Positions 63,653-64,000 of a stretch of DNA of 64,000 bases are shown piece after piece. Under the pieces are notes generated by a model. The model did no database searches. It saw only the letters and a program-made list of their open reading frames with translations, and had not been told where the DNA came from. The stretch is from Squalus acanthias (lineage: Eukaryota), in assembly GCA_030390025.1 (NCBI GenBank), contig CM059432.1:23810001-23874000 (forward strand), written 5' to 3'. Made by a program: the position numbers and the translations under genes. Positions within the stretch are counted from its first letter, which is position 1. The number at the start of each line of letters is the position of its first letter.

Positions 63653-64000
63653 CAACCTTTTTAAAAAGACAAAAGGAGCATGTTTGTGTATCCCTATACG
63701 GAAATGAGTAGGAAGGGGAGCAAGAGAGCAGAATGGTGGAAGCTGAGACCTGGGGAATTCTTCTGCTTAACCATTCCCTAATGCTCTGCAAAGCTGGAAT
63801 TTCCACACAGACATACACAAGCATCACATGCAGAATCTTACTAAGTGAGCTCTGCTTGAAGTTGTGTCAGGAAGCTAGCATCTGCCCTTTTCTGTTATTC
63901 TAGGCTTGGAAAAGTGGCCTGCTAGCATTGCCTCTGACTCACAGCAACACAACACCACATAGCGTCCTGTGTCTCTCACAGAAGTTCGCTAGCACCAACA

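Overview
This is vertebrate genomic DNA, most likely from a cartilaginous fish (inferred from V-SINE/HE1-type and Deu-SINE/SacSINE1-type repeats and abundant CR1 LINEs). The whole window lies inside one + strand gene, FAM135B. Seven consecutive coding exons (156, 74, 155, 2098, 167, 92 and 98 bp) have AG/GT boundaries and compatible phases. They run from the mid-protein region into the start of the C-terminal alpha/beta-hydrolase (DUF676) domain. The gene's start and end lie outside the window. The introns are dense, nested transposon sequence: CR1, L2, RTE and a second APE-RT LINE family; tRNA-derived SINEs; several PIF/Harbinger families; hAT-type MITEs; Penelope-like remnants; and a pogo/Tigger element. 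The most notable observations are (1) minimal hammerhead-ribozyme motifs in Penelope-like fold-back inserts, one apparently intact at 27275-27309; (2) a pogo/Tigger DD32D transposase broken only by a 29-nt CR1-tail micro-insertion; (3) three Harbinger deletion derivatives that keep part of the Myb/SANT gene; and (4) a coding exon that starts with a recursive-splice-like CAG|GTAAGA. I found no support for a prokaryote-type system such as CRISPR or an operon. Family assignments come from remembered consensus features, not database searches, and repeat boundaries without TIR/TSD evidence are approximate.
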